Shown piece after piece: positions 1 to 12,800 of a DNA stretch of 45,805 nt. Source of the DNA: Catajapyx aquilonaris (Eukaryota). The stretch spans positions 1-45,805 of the forward strand of contig JYFJ02003151.1 of the NCBI GenBank assembly GCA_000934665.2, read 5' to 3'. The notes under the pieces were generated by a model, which worked only from the letters and a program-made list of their open reading frames with translations, was not told the origin of the DNA and did not search any database. The position numbers and the translations under genes are program-made. Numbering within the stretch: the stretch's first letter is position 1; each line of letters opens with the position of its first letter.

Positions 1-334
1 AAATACAGTTACATTTATACCTCATCCGGTGTCCGTGTTTGATTGAACCCGTGAGCTAGTACGGAGCCAGGGACCCCGCAGGTGGGGGTTCCTGACAACT
101 TCTGTGGAATCTGCCAGTGACTGACGGCAATGTCGACATCTGACCCTCAACTTGTGGAGCACTGATGGCTCGGTGGACAATAGAGCCCCATATACTGCAC
201 AAAGTGTGCGCCATATTGCACAATACCTTCAGAAATATGAGGGCTTTTTTTTCCCCCCTTTCTCTTTTTTGGGTGGCCAGCTCTTGTTTGAAATTCTGCC
301 GTACCCTACACATTTTCTTCTCTTCCTGCTGTAG

Positions 335-469
335 GAGAGCTTGGAAGCTCGGCTGCTGGATTTAGAGCGGCAGTTGGACACCGAGAGAAGAAATGCACAA
401 CGAGAGCGACTCACGGTGGCCAAACTGCAGAAGCAGTTGGCCAAATCCAAGACGAGCGACGTCGGATCG
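335..469 (+). CDS. NCKAP5: NCKAP5/NCKAP5L-like protein, internal coding exon A (coiled coil; upstream exons lie outside the window)
   Basis: Pyrimidine tract plus TAG acceptor (AG at 333-334), donor GTGAGT at 470; 135 nt, phase 0/0. Encodes ESLEARLLDLERQLDTERRNAQRERLTVAKLQKQLAKSKTSDVGS, resembling the N-terminal coiled coil of the NCKAP5 family (from recall). Confidence 0.85.
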
Positions 470-3400
470 GTGAGTACCATCCATTACGTTTCTTTTCTGC
501 CTCGCGTCCGCACTGAAATGTGAGGCCATGGCCTCGGAAGAAAAAAAAAAGGAAAAAGAGAAGATGAGTCCCTGTCGCAGTAAATAATAACTTGGCAGCG
601 AGTGCCTTCAGCGGTCCATTTTCCGCCAGTGCAATTTGGCTCCGGAACTTAATGGCACTTCCTGGCCCGTTTTCCTAGAGAAACAATCATTTTAGTGGAT
701 TATGCTTCTGCTAACTCGAGCTAAGTCTGATTGGAGAAATTTTTTTTGTGTTGCTTTCCTTTTCTGGGCAGCTTTCCGCATGGTGCGCTGATTGTGATGC
801 TGGGCAATGGTCCAGAAACCCGCCCACCTACGCCTAACGAAGAATGAATGAAGGCATAAGCCGATGGTAATTCTCATTAATAGCCAGTGCATTACAGGCC
901 CTAATGAATTAATATTTAGAGACCACATAATGGGCCGTTTTCAACCCGTGGCTCACTTTGGAAGTAATTGCTTTAAATTAGTATGATTAGTAGCCTGTGA
1001 TCGATTGCGGAGGCTTAGAAAAGACTCTGATTTATACGAAAGATCTGTGGCCTGAAAGGTGGGATTTTGGATAGGCCCTTTTTTGGGAGCATTTAAGTAA
1101 ACTGTTAACTAGCCTAACCACAATTTATCTGAAGGGGGAGGTAGGGGAAAGTTGAATTAATTTTTGTGCACCTTGTAGCAGAATACAGGGTGCGTTATGA
1201 TTTATTTCTGAGACTCTTAGATTCCAAGAATTTCTGACGTCGAATCTGCTTGGCATATTCACTTTCGGGGGGTTCTTAATTAGAAAATTGACAGTGACGA
1301 AGCTTTTGTTGGAAAATCATCCCCTTGCCTCAGTTCTCCCCCTTCGCTATAAGCAGATTCATTAAGAGATGCACCTCCACGCACGCCACCCTACTTCTTC
1401 TGATCTTCCATCAGTGGTGCTTAATATCGACTCCTCTATATATTCTTTCCTCTCCCTCCTCTTCCTGCACCTCTACAATACACGCACCTCCCCATCGGCT
1501 GCTGTCATTAGCATTAATCCATCGCACGTGTGTTTACAGAGCTGTTTGGCATAGCCCTCGACAATCGGAGGGGCCTCTGTCAGACGCATCCCGAGCATTT
1601 CTTTTCCATCAGCCTCCCTATGTAGATGCTGCTGAGGTCTTTTCTCTTGGCGCCCTCCACTGGCAAACAGGCGATTTATTCATTCGTCTCGTCTCTCTCT
1701 TGTGGGCCCCTAAGGCTCCAGGGGAATATCGATGCTGGAATGTGCCGGGAAAGACAGGGAGAGTCTGCTTTTTTCCGGCCTTTTTAAAAGGAGCCAGCCT
1801 TGAAGGCGTAATTCGAGACATATTTCTCCAGGGGACGCTGATTGTGATGGTTCCGTGATAATTTAGGCGGCGGCTTGCAAATGATGGGATTGTGGGTCAT
1901 TTTTAGGCGGGTATTTGTATAAGGTGACTGCAGGCGACAGCTTCCTTCTCATTATTATTCTTGATGTAGGCTGGTGTTTACTGGTGTGGAGTGCTGTTTC
2001 GGTGCGGTATGTGGAGAGAGTTGGGTGCATCCTATATGATAGGCCCAAGTGCACATAGCACGAATGTGAGTGAGGTACTTTCTTAATTTTATGACACTGG
2101 AGCTAAATATGGTAGCTTGTTGGCCTGTCATTTCACATTCATTCGTCCTCATTTCAGTTCAGTTTTATTTCTTTTTTCCTGCGATTTTCCGCAGGATCTG
2201 ACTTGAATGGCGGACAGCTAATAACCTTTTTGATAATATGTGTATGAATTGAAATTTAGGTTATGTATTCTCAATGTACAAGGTACACACCCCAGCAATG
2301 CAGTGTACCAGCTGGCTATAGTTCTGACTCAATTGAACATCATCACTTGAAGCTTGAATGTTGAATTTTTGGACGCATCTGCCCACCGTTTAGCATTACT
2401 CTTCATTTATTTCAGCACTTCGAACCCCGAACACCACAAATCGATACGGTACGAATGACCGGCCGTTTGTACTTGTAACCAGCCACCGAATTATTTAGGT
2501 GGCAATTTCATTAGCAACTGCAGGAAGCGCCTAGAATGATGGGAACTCTTCCGGACAGTCTTGTCGGCACGTGTGTTGTAGGGCTTGTGTTCCACAGTAT
2601 GCAAATGAGCGCAGTCGGGAAGCGGTCCGATTCATATTCAGGTAGGAAGGAGATTAATTCCATGTGCCGGCGTGTTGATGCGGAACCCCCTCACTTTTCC
2701 TCTTTTTAATTTTTTTGTGTTCTTTTTTTTCCCATTTCTGATGCCGGCACACTCTGTGGAAAAGCGTCGGTATGCCCAGACGAGGAAAGTCGGTTTTTCC
2801 TGCTGAATAATTCACACGGGTCTAACCTGCGGGTCGTAATTGTTACGGGTATTTCAGGAGCCGGCTTTACTGGAGCGTGCAGGACGGTTTGCTTCCGGAG
2901 AAAACGGTCCTGTTGGGGCCCCCACAATCAAGGAAGGTTTTGCTGATGGGCCCCTGCATTTGTGCAAAAGGCCTTTTTCCAAACAGTGTTTGGGCCTATT
3001 TCGGTGCAGGCGGGCAATCGAATTAACGAACTGATTTATTTATGCATAATTTGTTGATTTTGTTGATTGATAACATTCACAGCATTAATTGATTAATTTA
3101 TATATCGTTTGAAATTAATTCATGTTTGTATGAATTGGTGATGAAAGCTGCTATATACAGTTTAACATGCCGGAAGCCTGCACTCACTTGTCAGTGCATT
3201 CATGCCATTCCTGGAGTAAATATTCACTAGGGCTTCTAAACTTCCTTACAGTGCATACTAATTTGCACTAATTTGCACTGTGTTAATGAACAAACTGTTC
3301 CAGAAGGTATCAAATGCTGCATGGGGGGGAAAGGCCTCGGGATGAATTTTTGCAATTGTTGGACAAAATGACACGAGTATTGTTTCAAGATGAGGCAGGA

Positions 3401-4763
3401 GAAGGTTAATTAATAGCGATACCGATCCGTTGTGCACTCGCTCAAAACAAACACAATGGGTGAAAGACACGCTAGGATAATGTTTCAATTATGATGGGCA
3501 GTGCTGCTGGTGTACAATAATGGGGACATGCAAAAGTAACGCTAATGATGCGCCATAGACACGCAGGGCGAAGATTACGTGACTTAACGGAGTATAAAAT
3601 ACGATTCATTAGTAAATGAGGGACAGTTATGTCTATTCCATGAACCGTTCCTTTTGTTTGAACACATGTCGAACAGAACGGCACGATATCCGAAGCACGT
3701 AGCCTATTGGTAGCTGTGCTTTCAGGTATGGAGTCAGACACATTGTTGAAACACCAATCTTGGGAGAGGAAGGGAGCAGTTGGCAGAGCGAGAAACAAAG
3801 TGATTTAATGAATAAGTTTTCGGCAAGCCCGCCGGTAAAACCCTGGCGCAAACTTGATAAAGACATGGGCAGTCGCCCCTTGCCCGTTGAATTCTGGACC
3901 AGTGTATATATAGGGGTGCATAGCAGAATTTCTGGAAGTTGTGGGCAGCACTTTAGCAGGCGACACTGAGGGCCGAGCAAAATCCTGTTTAGCAATTCCG
4001 GTGGCAGCATTAAGCTGGTGAAATATTTAGGCAGCGAGTTCTTGCGTTGAGGGAGCCCCTCCTCTCTTTTTGCGTCTGTGTGAAGGGCCCCCCGTGAAGT
4101 GGAGGACGTCATTTTTTCACTCTCTTGTCGACTGTTGTCTCCCAAATGCGGCCATTAGAGGAGATAGGGAAAAGTTGGCATGTGGGAGGCTCGTTAGGTT
4201 GCCAGGGTGCCCGGATTTTCTAAAAGGGATGCAATGAGGTGGGGATTTATAGTTAAAGGAGCTGCTGGGGCTGTCAACTTTTTTGGTGGGTGGGGTTTTG
4301 GGGGATTATGTGCCCGGATTTTAAGCGTTTTTTTGTTGTCACGTGGCGCTCTTTAATTCGGTCCTGCAGCGTCGAAAATTGCAGTGGTTGACAGGTCTGC
4401 CTTCACGTGTCTCGTTAATTCGAATCAATTTTTGCCCCTCTGTCACAGCAGCAATAAGCATGAAGATGTAAATTCGGATAATAAGCTCCTGCCATCCAAT
4501 TGTCGCCGGCAGAGGCATCTGCTGGCGGAATATGCGGCATGTTCCAATCTCGGATCGCGACGCTATTTTCCTCTGGGATGTAATCTGGTTTGGGGAACTT
4601 CCTTTTCTTTTCTGCTGCGACGAACGGAAACAGGAAGGAGCTCAGAAAGGCCAGGAAAAAAGAAGAAGAAGAAGAGATGAAAGTGTGTTGAGAGAGAACC
4701 CAGGGAGAAGGAAAAGTTGCATCCCTGCAAGCAGGCAAGTCCTTAGGATCGATGCCTGCTGAG

Positions 4764-4787
4764 TCTTCTTCTTCTTCTTCTTCTTCT
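4764..4787. repeat. (TCT)8 microsatellite
   Basis: Direct reading; a complementary (AAG)5 tract lies at 4660-4674. Confidence 0.9.
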
Positions 4788-7700
4788 GAAGTTTGGGTTC
4801 AAGTGGTCACTGGCTTCTTTTTCCGGAGGCGGGTGCGTGCGCCCTATCTCCCAGTGGCCCGCGGTGCTGAGCTGGAAGATTCAGCGAGAGTCGTATTTAC
4901 CAAGGAGGGATTATGATTACGAAGGCGTGTGCAGTTTCAAGGATCAGCGGTTGTCCTTGCGCGGATGTTAGTGCCTTGGAGGGAAGGGGGGGATTTGCAA
5001 AACATAAGCGGGCTTTTCAGGTGACGCCCAAGCTGTTACGTGGTAACCACTGCCTTGCTGGGAATATTCAGAAACAATCATGTTGCGAGAGGAAGTTGCG
5101 TTTTAATTTGCCAGTGTGGAAAATGTATTTTGTTAACAGAGCGGTGCGGTCCAAAGAGAGACAGGTCCAGCTCCAGGCTATCGGTATATAAGCGTATCAA
5201 TCAATCCCTAACCATTCAATGTTAATCAACCTGTGCCTGACATGCTGGGTCTACTTTTTAAAACCGGCCGGCATTAGTTTGTCAAAAAAATGGACGGTGA
5301 TGGGAATGAGCACAACCGCGCTGACATATTGATACACGTTTGGCGACTGATAAACGATCTCGACCTAGATTTTTACAAGAATGGCTGAAATGCCATGTAT
5401 TGAGGCTTTGGGGGTCTGCAGCCGTCGAGGCGGGAGAGGGTGAGGGTTGAAAAACATGTAATAGTGCTGAAAAGAGGCATTCCCAAAATGGCATCTTCCT
5501 ATTGACAGGTCCAACTTTTCAAATTAAAGCTTTTTCCAGTCCCGCGAGCACGAAACGGCGCCAGTCAGCATCACCCATCCACCCACACCAGCACCCCTCT
5601 ATTTATGCCACTCCACTTTTCAACATTTCTTTCCATCCGTGACTGCATCGATCAAAAAAGTGCTGCCTTTGCTTGAGGATATTACTCAGCACACCGAACC
5701 GTATAGATCGAACTTTTGCCGCCAGGAAGAAAATGGAAGGGGGCTTTGGGAAAGAGATTATGTAGGTAGGGGGAGAAGAAAGTTTTTTTTTCCACCAAAA
5801 ATGATCGTTAGCTTACCTTGGGGCCAGTTAATTAAAAGTCAGGAGGCGGTGGCGTAATGTGGACTTCTTGGGGGTCGTTTTGTTGCGGCGCCTGATCGAT
5901 AGGCAACACCTCGGGCGCCTTTATAGGGGTGGATGTTGCGGGGCTTGTCATGAATTGTTGCTAATTTATCGACACTTGGGAGATGGCATTGTTAGCTCGA
6001 GAGTTGCCAATGAGAGGCTGAGCCACGATCATGCCAGGTAATTGGGGATGGTGCCAGTTGGGCTAAACACTTCTTTGGGGGGAAATTAATGCATGGGTCT
6101 GGGTGAAGACAAAATCAAAACACAGAAATTCATCACTTGTAATGAGTTACTGCAGTTTATGTAACTGCAGTGATTATGAGCACTGGAACTATGATATATC
6201 ACCAAGTTTGCAAGTATGAAGAAGCCAATCACTGTTATTTATTGCACGAATGTGTGTACTGTATTTGGAAAGCTACATTAGGCAGTGTTATTCTACGTTA
6301 CGACGATCACATTTGTCGTGGAATATCATTATTAACGACGACCCTTGCGTTTGTCATATGATTCAGTTGTGAATCACGTCTCCTGAAAAAAAATTCATCG
6401 CCTAAGTGTAGTTTGTACTTTTTCTGCTGGTGTTGATGATAAATGTGGAGCCATGCAGTGAATCATATCCGGCTGTAATCCGTAGATATATCGCTTTTTC
6501 ACCCTCGTCGCTGCTTAAAACGTTTCTTCAACCGTGATTTCAAGCGTTGGTTCCTCGCTTTTCATTGACGTATTCTTGGAAGGAGAACAAAGGGAATGGC
6601 CACGGTCCAGATGGAGTAGACAAAAGGGCGGCAGTCCCCTTCAAAAATAAGTGGCTAAAAGGAACTAAGAATCTGATTTTATGGCCAAGAAATGTAGAAG
6701 CTAAAAACAATATTGTTCACCCTTTTTTGCTCTATGGAGGAAAGAACAAAGATACGGGATCTTGAATTTTTTAGAAGGGGGCGTGCTATTGTTTCGGATG
6801 CGATATTGGCGGAGATAGAAACTATGTATTTTTAAGGTCATTCCTCCTGGGGAAATTGGCTGATGTAAAAATTTCAGCGCTAGTGCATTGGACTGTCGAA
6901 TTTTGCTTTTGGCACGTAACTAAAACATACAGCTAAAACTAGCAATCTACAGTAGCCTACTGTTCAGGACATAATTTGGCAGTTCTCGTGGCACACTTCT
7001 GGAAATATCCCGTGTCTGTAATGGTAGGCGTACGAGTGAATGATAGAGGCTGGCCCGAAATGCGTGCCGAGAGTCGATTTCAGCCCTCACGCACCCACAG
7101 AATAAATCTGGAAGTGAAAACACAAGAATGCCCCCGTGGGCAAAGGTGTGCACATCACCTGGCGCGTAAAATCAGGAAAGGAGCAGAAGTCAGCAGCTTT
7201 ACCTGACATTTGAATGTATGGTAATTGAACTACCCGACCCCGAACTAATCAGGCCGACAAATGAAACCTGCGGTAAATAGACTCCTCCCAAACCCAATCC
7301 ATTCACGCTTAATAAAGTAATGGAGCGGGTTGGGATGCTGGCAGGGGTATAGGGTTGGGGGGAGGGGGTCTAGATCTATGGTGGAATTACGCACTGTTTG
7401 CGAGACGATACAATTACGCTATTGACGTTTACGCCCTGGTTAACCAACGTTTGCAAATAGTCGGTGCTGGAGGGGGCAGAAGTAATGTATCTAGTGTGGA
7501 CGGATGATATTTTATGCTTTTTCAACTGGGGTAATGGAAGGTCATGGTGGATTTGTGGAAGCCAACTAGCTAACAGCTAGTTGATGGCGTGTCAGAATCG
7601 CATTCTGTTTATGATACGGTAACTTACTAGTTGGATGACCAGTGTTTTTGCCGTGTGTAAGCGTAAATTTCATCGATACTTCTCCATTTCAGTTACTACG

Positions 7701-9773
7701 TTATAATGATACACATATAATCTTGTTCTATCGTATTGCCCACTCGGGAATGATATACTTCATTGGAATCTGATGATGCCTGGCCATTGTACATTTACCT
7801 CGAATTTAATTACGCCACGGTATATAGTCCAGGTCTGGCCAAAGCTCCAGGCCGGCCAATACAGCTATATTTAATACTAGGTCGTTGCCTTCTCTGATTT
7901 CTTGTCGTGACGGTAGCTCTCGAGTCTCAAATACCGTACTTGACAGAAACCCCCCTACCCCTCCAATCTATTTTTTCCTCCCTGTAACTAATACGCACAC
8001 TTCACTTTGAAGTCTACGCCATGGAGTCGGGGCACCCCCGGAGCTGTCCATGGATGCATCTCGCATTACACGCTCATTGCCCGGTTTCCATTTGGCCGAG
8101 TACCGCCCACCCCTTCACCGTACACAGCACCAGGGACTCCCTACTAAAAGAAAGATGTAAAAAAAGAGGCACTGGGGCATTTTAGTGGTGGGTGGGTTAA
8201 GGGGGTGGAGCGGGGATGGAATTGTTTTGGCAGTCCGAAGCGCGGATTTACGATTCCCATTAGGCATGGGATGGCCCGGGTTATAGAGGATCCTTTTCCG
8301 CCAAATGGACGACGTGGGGAAACTGGGCGCCATCTTGCATCTCTTTTTTCGGCCTGGGGACCCCCCTCTGGCGCCATTGGCCTTGCTGCTTGGTCGGGGT
8401 GCTGCTGCCTGATGGCTGTATACCATCAGACCACCATACTATGACCTCGTAACTGGATGCTGCACTTGTAATAATATTATTGGTGTGGACAAAGTCCCCA
8501 CGATGATGGCGTATAATTGGGAGTTAACGAGAGAGGGAGGGAGGGAGGCTGGATCGATGCTGCGGGGGGTGGGGAGGCACCAAAACATGCCATCTTTCTG
8601 ATGTGTATTAATTTTATATTAGCTGGAGGATGTGTTCGGGGGGTGTGGGACTCATTGTTGCCAGTTCATGGCTAAAAATCGTGGGTGGATTTGCATGCGT
8701 GGGTTGCTAATTGGTGGCTGCCACTCGCTTTTTGACAATCGGTAATCACTTTAGGCAAAATGTACTTGGTAATTAGCGTGTGTCCGGCATGGGGTTTTTT
8801 GGTTGCTAAGTATTGGGTTTTGGACGAGAGATTTACTGTTGGGCCAGTTCCAAGCTGACCTGTTGGACCTGTGCCCAATGTTTGAACCAGCACGTGGCGT
8901 ATTGGGAGGCCATCGTCTTAATCATGAAGATTGGGGTTAGGAACCGTCCTCTCTCATGTCCTTCCGGGGGTAATTAGGTAGGATTTGAAGTACCCCCATG
9001 AGAGCTGGGTCCGCCTAAACCCCTACCCTAAAGGAGTGATCGAGACCTCCCAACATGAGGCAGACAAAACCGACTTTCGATATAAAAAGAGGGTAAACAG
9101 TTATTAATGCACTTTGTGAATATCAACTAGGCAGCGTTACATTCATGGCATCACGCCATACATTTACACGCTTGCTGAACGATTTCAAGCTCGCTAAGCT
9201 ACTTCACCTGCCGCGACACATGTAATCGAGCATGGAATTTACATGCATTATTACGTAAGGGAAGGGCCACATAACGAGATTCCGACATCACGACTTGCGG
9301 TGTTGTCTGGCACTTACATACCTGAAGGCATCTGCTTCAGTATGTAAATGTGATTTGACACTTTAATTTTACCGCTATTCAAGCCTGGCTAACTTCTTGG
9401 AGGACTTCTCTCCAAGTCAGAGAGCTTAAACTACTATTTCAAACCAGGAAACTTACTGACGCGCAAGAAGCCTTTGAAGTGGAACACATGATAATTAGCC
9501 TAATTCCAAAATTTATATTAATATTTTTCTTTCTTCGCCAGAAAGTCCATACTCCATTTTTAAAGACTGTTTTTCCTCACCAGTGTTGACATAAATTGTG
9601 ACGTAAACTTCCCACCTCCATTCCGTTAAAAAATAGGAGTATGTAAACTAATAGGCCTGTGCAGCAGCGTCTTTGCCATAGGCTACGTACGAAGCAAATG
9701 TCAGTCACATTCAGCTATTTTCCAAGGACGGATCAGTCAAGACTTCGAAAGCATTCCCGTATGTCAGAATTAA

Positions 9774-9811
9774 GTTTCACTAAGCCCTTCACGTTTCAGT
9801 AAGCCCTTCAC
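9774..9811. repeat. 19-bp tandem duplication
   Basis: gtttcactaagcccttcac followed by gtttcagtaagcccttcac (1 mismatch). Confidence 0.85.
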
Positions 9812-12800
9812 ATCTCTTCTCCAAGTTGGCTGAAGAGGGAACATTCATTTCCGGATAATAAATATGCTAGCCACTTTTGGCCTATATTTTGTCAACCAGT
9901 CTAGCAGACTTGAAGAGGCTCTCCGCTTACTCAATGTTTGACAATTGAACTGCTTTTATTCACACGTTGCTAAGTTATGCACTAGGATTTTAATAGATGC
10001 GGGGTAAGAGGAACCATTTGAAAGTCGTATTTATATGTCTATACCCTGCATGAGACTTACTTTCGACTTTTCTGGAAAAGAGGCTGGAACCATATTATTT
10101 TGACGAGGATTGTTCCTCATCATTTCTATTTGTTGAATTTTGTCTGTGTAAGGCTAACCAGCTCACTGGACAGACATGTGTAGCATACAGTTAGTGTGAA
10201 CTCAACACACGAAATGTAAGTTCGTCTCTCTAGGTGCGTCTCCCACTTGAAAACGTAGTCCTAAACGACACAAAGGAAGTGAAACTCAACCAAAACATAT
10301 GACATCAGACATCCCAACCGCACGCGCAATTGCATCACCATGTAAAAGCTACTGGAATACATTCTCATGACCGCACTTCCCTCTATTATATGTATACTAG
10401 GCACGATATGGGGACATGTGTGTTGCACATTAAAGAGAAGTACGCAACACATGTAACTCCTCATTGTCGCATGTTGTCACCCACCATCTGCAGACCACAA
10501 ACAAAGCTATTTGAATGCTAGTTTTTCCTCCCCAGCCTGTAATCAGGAACACTGTAATTAACCGTGTAACATGACGGTTTAAAGCCGTGAGTGGCATGGC
10601 TGCATGGTCCGGCGTCGGATTGGCAACATGGCGGTAGTCATCATCTGGGGTAGCTGGCTGCTAGCTAACCCCCCCTCTCATCCATGATGAGCTTTGTGCG
10701 TGCGTTCGAATGTGCAAAAAGGGAGGGGTTGGGGGAGGCAGATGCGGAAACGATGCAGTATACTTGCCAGTGAGAGAGAGGAGGAGGAGGAGGAAGAGGA
10801 GAATTTTGATGGCTAACACTTCCATTAGCTACCCCGGCGACTTGAAATGGTTCCGCTTCCATTTTTTGGCCTATTGTGGAATGGGCTGTGGAGTTATGAG
10901 GCTTCTCGGAGACTGCCGGCTTATGGATTTGTTTGTTCTGGGGTAGGAGTTTTTTTTTAAGTAAAAAGGGGAGAAAAATAGTTGGCAGGGCCTTTCCAGT
11001 AGGAATTTCAATGAACGCAAAGTGGTGCGTGGTAAAAGTTCGGCGCTTTTGATGTTCCCCCTACCACCTCCGGTTCTCGCACTAAAACTCCGGAAATGAT
11101 GATTCACATTTGGTGTGCTGGAAGTAATACCTTATATTAATCTCATCTTACTAGGTCCGATTTCTGTTCATGAAAGCCTCATTCAACTGGAAATATTGCA
11201 TTGGGAGTTCATCATACGCATGCTATAAAATCGAACTCATTAGCTAATGATTTCTGCAGGCACGGCTCTAACAAAAGTTTCGCCCCTAGCTAGGAAATTT
11301 CTATCCTGTCATTCAAATAAACTTGTATGCAGCAGAAGCGCTGCATGAATGTGTGTGGGAAACATGTACTTGTTTCTGTTGTTATTCAGATAACTTGTGT
11401 GTTGAAACACCCTGTGGTGTGGCTGTGGGATACGTGATATCAAATCTGTCAATGAAAATCAATCCGAGTAGCGGGTTGAATTTTATATAAATAATGGCTG
11501 GTTCAGGTTACAATATTGTGGTTGGCTTTCACCATGCGGGCTATATGGTTTTGCAGAGAGAGGAAAAATGTGGTTATCGACAGGATGACGGGGCATTTGG
11601 AGTGTCCCTTAGAGGGGCCAGCCCAGCTTCCACCATCTTTTCCCCCTTGGAGTTGAAGGCGATGAGGGCCGAGTAAGTGGATTATGACAGAGCATTCAAG
11701 TGGCCCCATCGGAAAGCCGCCGGATCCACGCCAATATTGCCAGCATCTCTGCAAAGATTCGCTCACCACGAAAAAAAAAAGCAGGACGATAGATCTTCCC
11801 TTGGAGCACCCTGTCAAAAAAGTTTTCCATCAAAACACGACCCAGATTGTCAACAATGGTAGTCATCCTGCTCGGTCCAGGAAAATTGCAGCTGATGGAC
11901 GGAGAAGAAGGAGAGATTAAATGGCACGTGGAATTAGCCCTACACTTTCAATGAGGAGACAGGCGAGGAAAAATATCCGGCAGCTTATAATCTGGGAGAG
12001 GGTTGGGGCGATCGTAATTCTGCGGGTAAGAGGATTGCTCTGGTATAGAGTTTTCGGGGGAGAGTGGGGGCAGGAGAAGCTGGGAGAGTGGGGAGGGAGA
12101 GAGAAAAAGGGTGAGGGGTGGACCCCAAAATTCAGACCCATTCCTCCAAATTAATATCCAGTGGGGAGGATCTGCTGGGCACGAGAGGATTACACACCAG
12201 GGGTTATTTTTTAGGGGTGGGCTTCACCCCACCTACCATCCCCTACCCACCCTCTTCACCCGGCTTCCCCAGCTGGGAATGGACGATGCTGGTGGAAGCC
12301 TGGGCGGTCTGAAATGGAAAGATATTACCTTGGGTCTTGGGCTGACTGGAGGTCCATGTGGAGTGTCGCCAAAATTTGGATCGCACTGTTTAAGCGGAAA
12401 CTAATCTGGCGGATTAGAAACCGTTAAAAACAGGGCGCCCCATTAATTTGATGATTATCAACCGGTTCGTGAGCAGGCACAATATTTTGAGTGATTTGCA
12501 TCTTTACGAGCATTTGTTCCAGGAATAAAATAATAATAAAGGCGAACATTATTTGCTTTGCAGATTAGGCTCGTTCTGCGATCTGTGCCGTGCCCGTTCC
12601 ATTCAACATTTTAGCTCGAGAATGATTTTCGTCTGACAGGTTTATGGAATTGTTGTGTGTCAATGGCTCTTAGACCTAGTTATGCTACAAGCTAGTTATT
12701 CCTTTGTTACGCTTATGGTGGATTAAACCGGACTAACATGCATTATCCTAAAAATGCGAAGAAATCGCGTAAGAAAAATGGTGGTAATCCACCCCCCTGA

